Source: Ilumatobacteraceae bacterium
GTDB taxonomy: Bacteria; Actinomycetota; Acidimicrobiia; Acidimicrobiales; Ilumatobacteraceae
Length of the DNA: 33,046 bases
NCBI GenBank assembly: GCA_032118285.1
Contig: JAULXU010000048.1
Location: 1 to 33,046 of the forward strand
Direction: 5' to 3'
Below are positions 32,441 to 33,046 of this stretch, in pieces. A model generated the notes under the pieces. The model saw only the letters and a program-made list of their open reading frames with translations. It was not told where the DNA came from and did no database searches. Positions within the stretch are counted from its first letter, which is position 1; each line of letters starts with the position of its first letter. The position numbers were made by a program, and so were the translations under genes.

Positions 32441-32466
32441 CGCACCCTGCACGTAATGTTCCAGAC

Positions 32467-33046
32467 GTGACCCGAGCCGACTCCACCGTCCCCGGCATCG
32501 GACATCCGACCGACGACGACATCTCGTTCGCCGTCGTCGACGTCGAGACAACGGGTATCGACCCGGCCCGGGACCGCATCATCCAGATGGCAGCCGTCGT
32601 GGTGAACACCCGCGGCGAGGTGGTCGAGGAATGGACCACCGTCGTGCGTCCGGAAAGCCCGGGCGAGTACCGCCACGGCGCCGAACACATCCACGGCATC
32701 AGTGCCGACGAGGTGGAGGCCGGCATGCCTCTCAGCAAGGCCCTCTCCACCCTGTGGTCCATGAGCAGCGGGCGCGTCTTCACCGCCCACAACGCGAGAT
32801 TCGACATCGGGTTCCTGCATGCCGAGTCGGAGCGGGTCGGCCTCGACAACCGGATCGAGAAGTGGGTGGACACCCTCGAGCTGTCGCGCCGCGTCGACAC
32901 CACGCGGCAGCGCCGCCACTCCCTCGAGGCGCTCTGCGCCCATTACGGCATCGAACGCGAGAGGGCCCACGAGGCCCATTCCGACGCCTCGGCCACGGCC
33001 CGCCTCCTCTTCACCCTCGCGGCCGACCTCGGCCTCGAGTCGCCGG
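32467..33046 (+). CDS. DEDDh 3'-5' exonuclease (DnaQ/epsilon-like), truncated at the 3' end by the window
   Basis: My own translation gives FAVVDVETTGIDPARDRIIQMAAV (ExoI), FTAHNARFDIGFL (ExoII) and HEAHSDASATARL (ExoIII, H-x4-D). GTG 32467 lies 7 nt after TAATGT (32454-32459). An alternative GTG is at 32437. This ORF is absent from the supplied ORF track because it has no stop codon in the window. Confidence 0.87.
   Translation, partial: MTRADSTVPGIGHPTDDDISFAVVDVETTGIDPARDRIIQMAAVVVNTRGEVVEEWTTVVRPESPGEYRHGAEHIHGISADEVEAGMPLSKALSTLWSMSSGRVFTAHNARFDIGFLHAESERVGLDNRIEKWVDTLELSRRVDTTRQRRHSLEALCAHYGIERERAHEAHSDASATARLLFTLAADLGLESP

Noticed and set aside
1-33046. Mobile elements, prophage or genomic-island boundaries
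   Set aside because: No transposase, integrase or recombinase-like ORFs, no terminal inverted repeats, and no flanking tRNA. GC content is uniformly high apart from the 29.9-30.6 kb gap. From memory, gene order parallels conserved actinobacterial core loci.

Overview
This is a roughly 70% GC, gene-dense chromosomal segment. Gene content and synteny point to an actinobacterium. I call 31 protein-coding genes, two of them truncated at the window edges. I recognised no rRNA, tRNA, CRISPR array, transposase or integrase.

Gene blocks, in order:
- 1-15391: a cell-envelope glycan and GDP-sugar cluster. It contains a very large GT2-polytopic membrane protein, a DUF5719-like protein, a flippase-like protein, gmd, fcl, a manC-like gene, two GT4 glycosyltransferases and an SDR-like protein that has lost its catalytic residues. 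The F420 genes fbiA/cofD and a single-domain cofE sit inside this cluster.
- 15409-16583: a rhomboid protease translationally coupled to a DUF3039 protein.
- 16588-22604: a LexA-controlled imuA'-imuB-(Nudix)-dnaE2 mutasome cassette with two near-perfect SOS boxes.
- 22625-29491: housekeeping genes. These are an Nfu-like protein, an acyl-CoA dehydrogenase, rnhB, a MOSC protein, a hypothetical protein, gpsA, fbiD/cofC and a PIG-L deacetylase.
- 29607-29921: a stand-alone Lys/Ala-repeat histone-tail-like protein.
- 29922-30689: an unusually long region of about 0.7 kb with poorly resolved coding status and many helices.
- 30690-33046: phoH2 (PIN-PhoH), a limonene-epoxide-hydrolase-like protein and a partial DEDDh exonuclease.

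Two features recur across the window. Many genes have a TANNNT box 6-7 nt upstream of the start codon, which implies leaderless mRNAs. Many adjacent genes have 1- or 4-nt start/stop overlaps.

I see no clear-cut novel multi-gene system. The most unusual items are:
- the Nudix gene inside the SOS mutasome cassette;
- the tail-only histone-like protein at the position hupB occupies in M. tuberculosis;
- the structured gap upstream of phoH2;
- the unfused cofE;
- the SDR lacking its Ser/Tyr/Lys catalytic residues.

All functional calls rest on motif and family recognition by eye. No database search was run.
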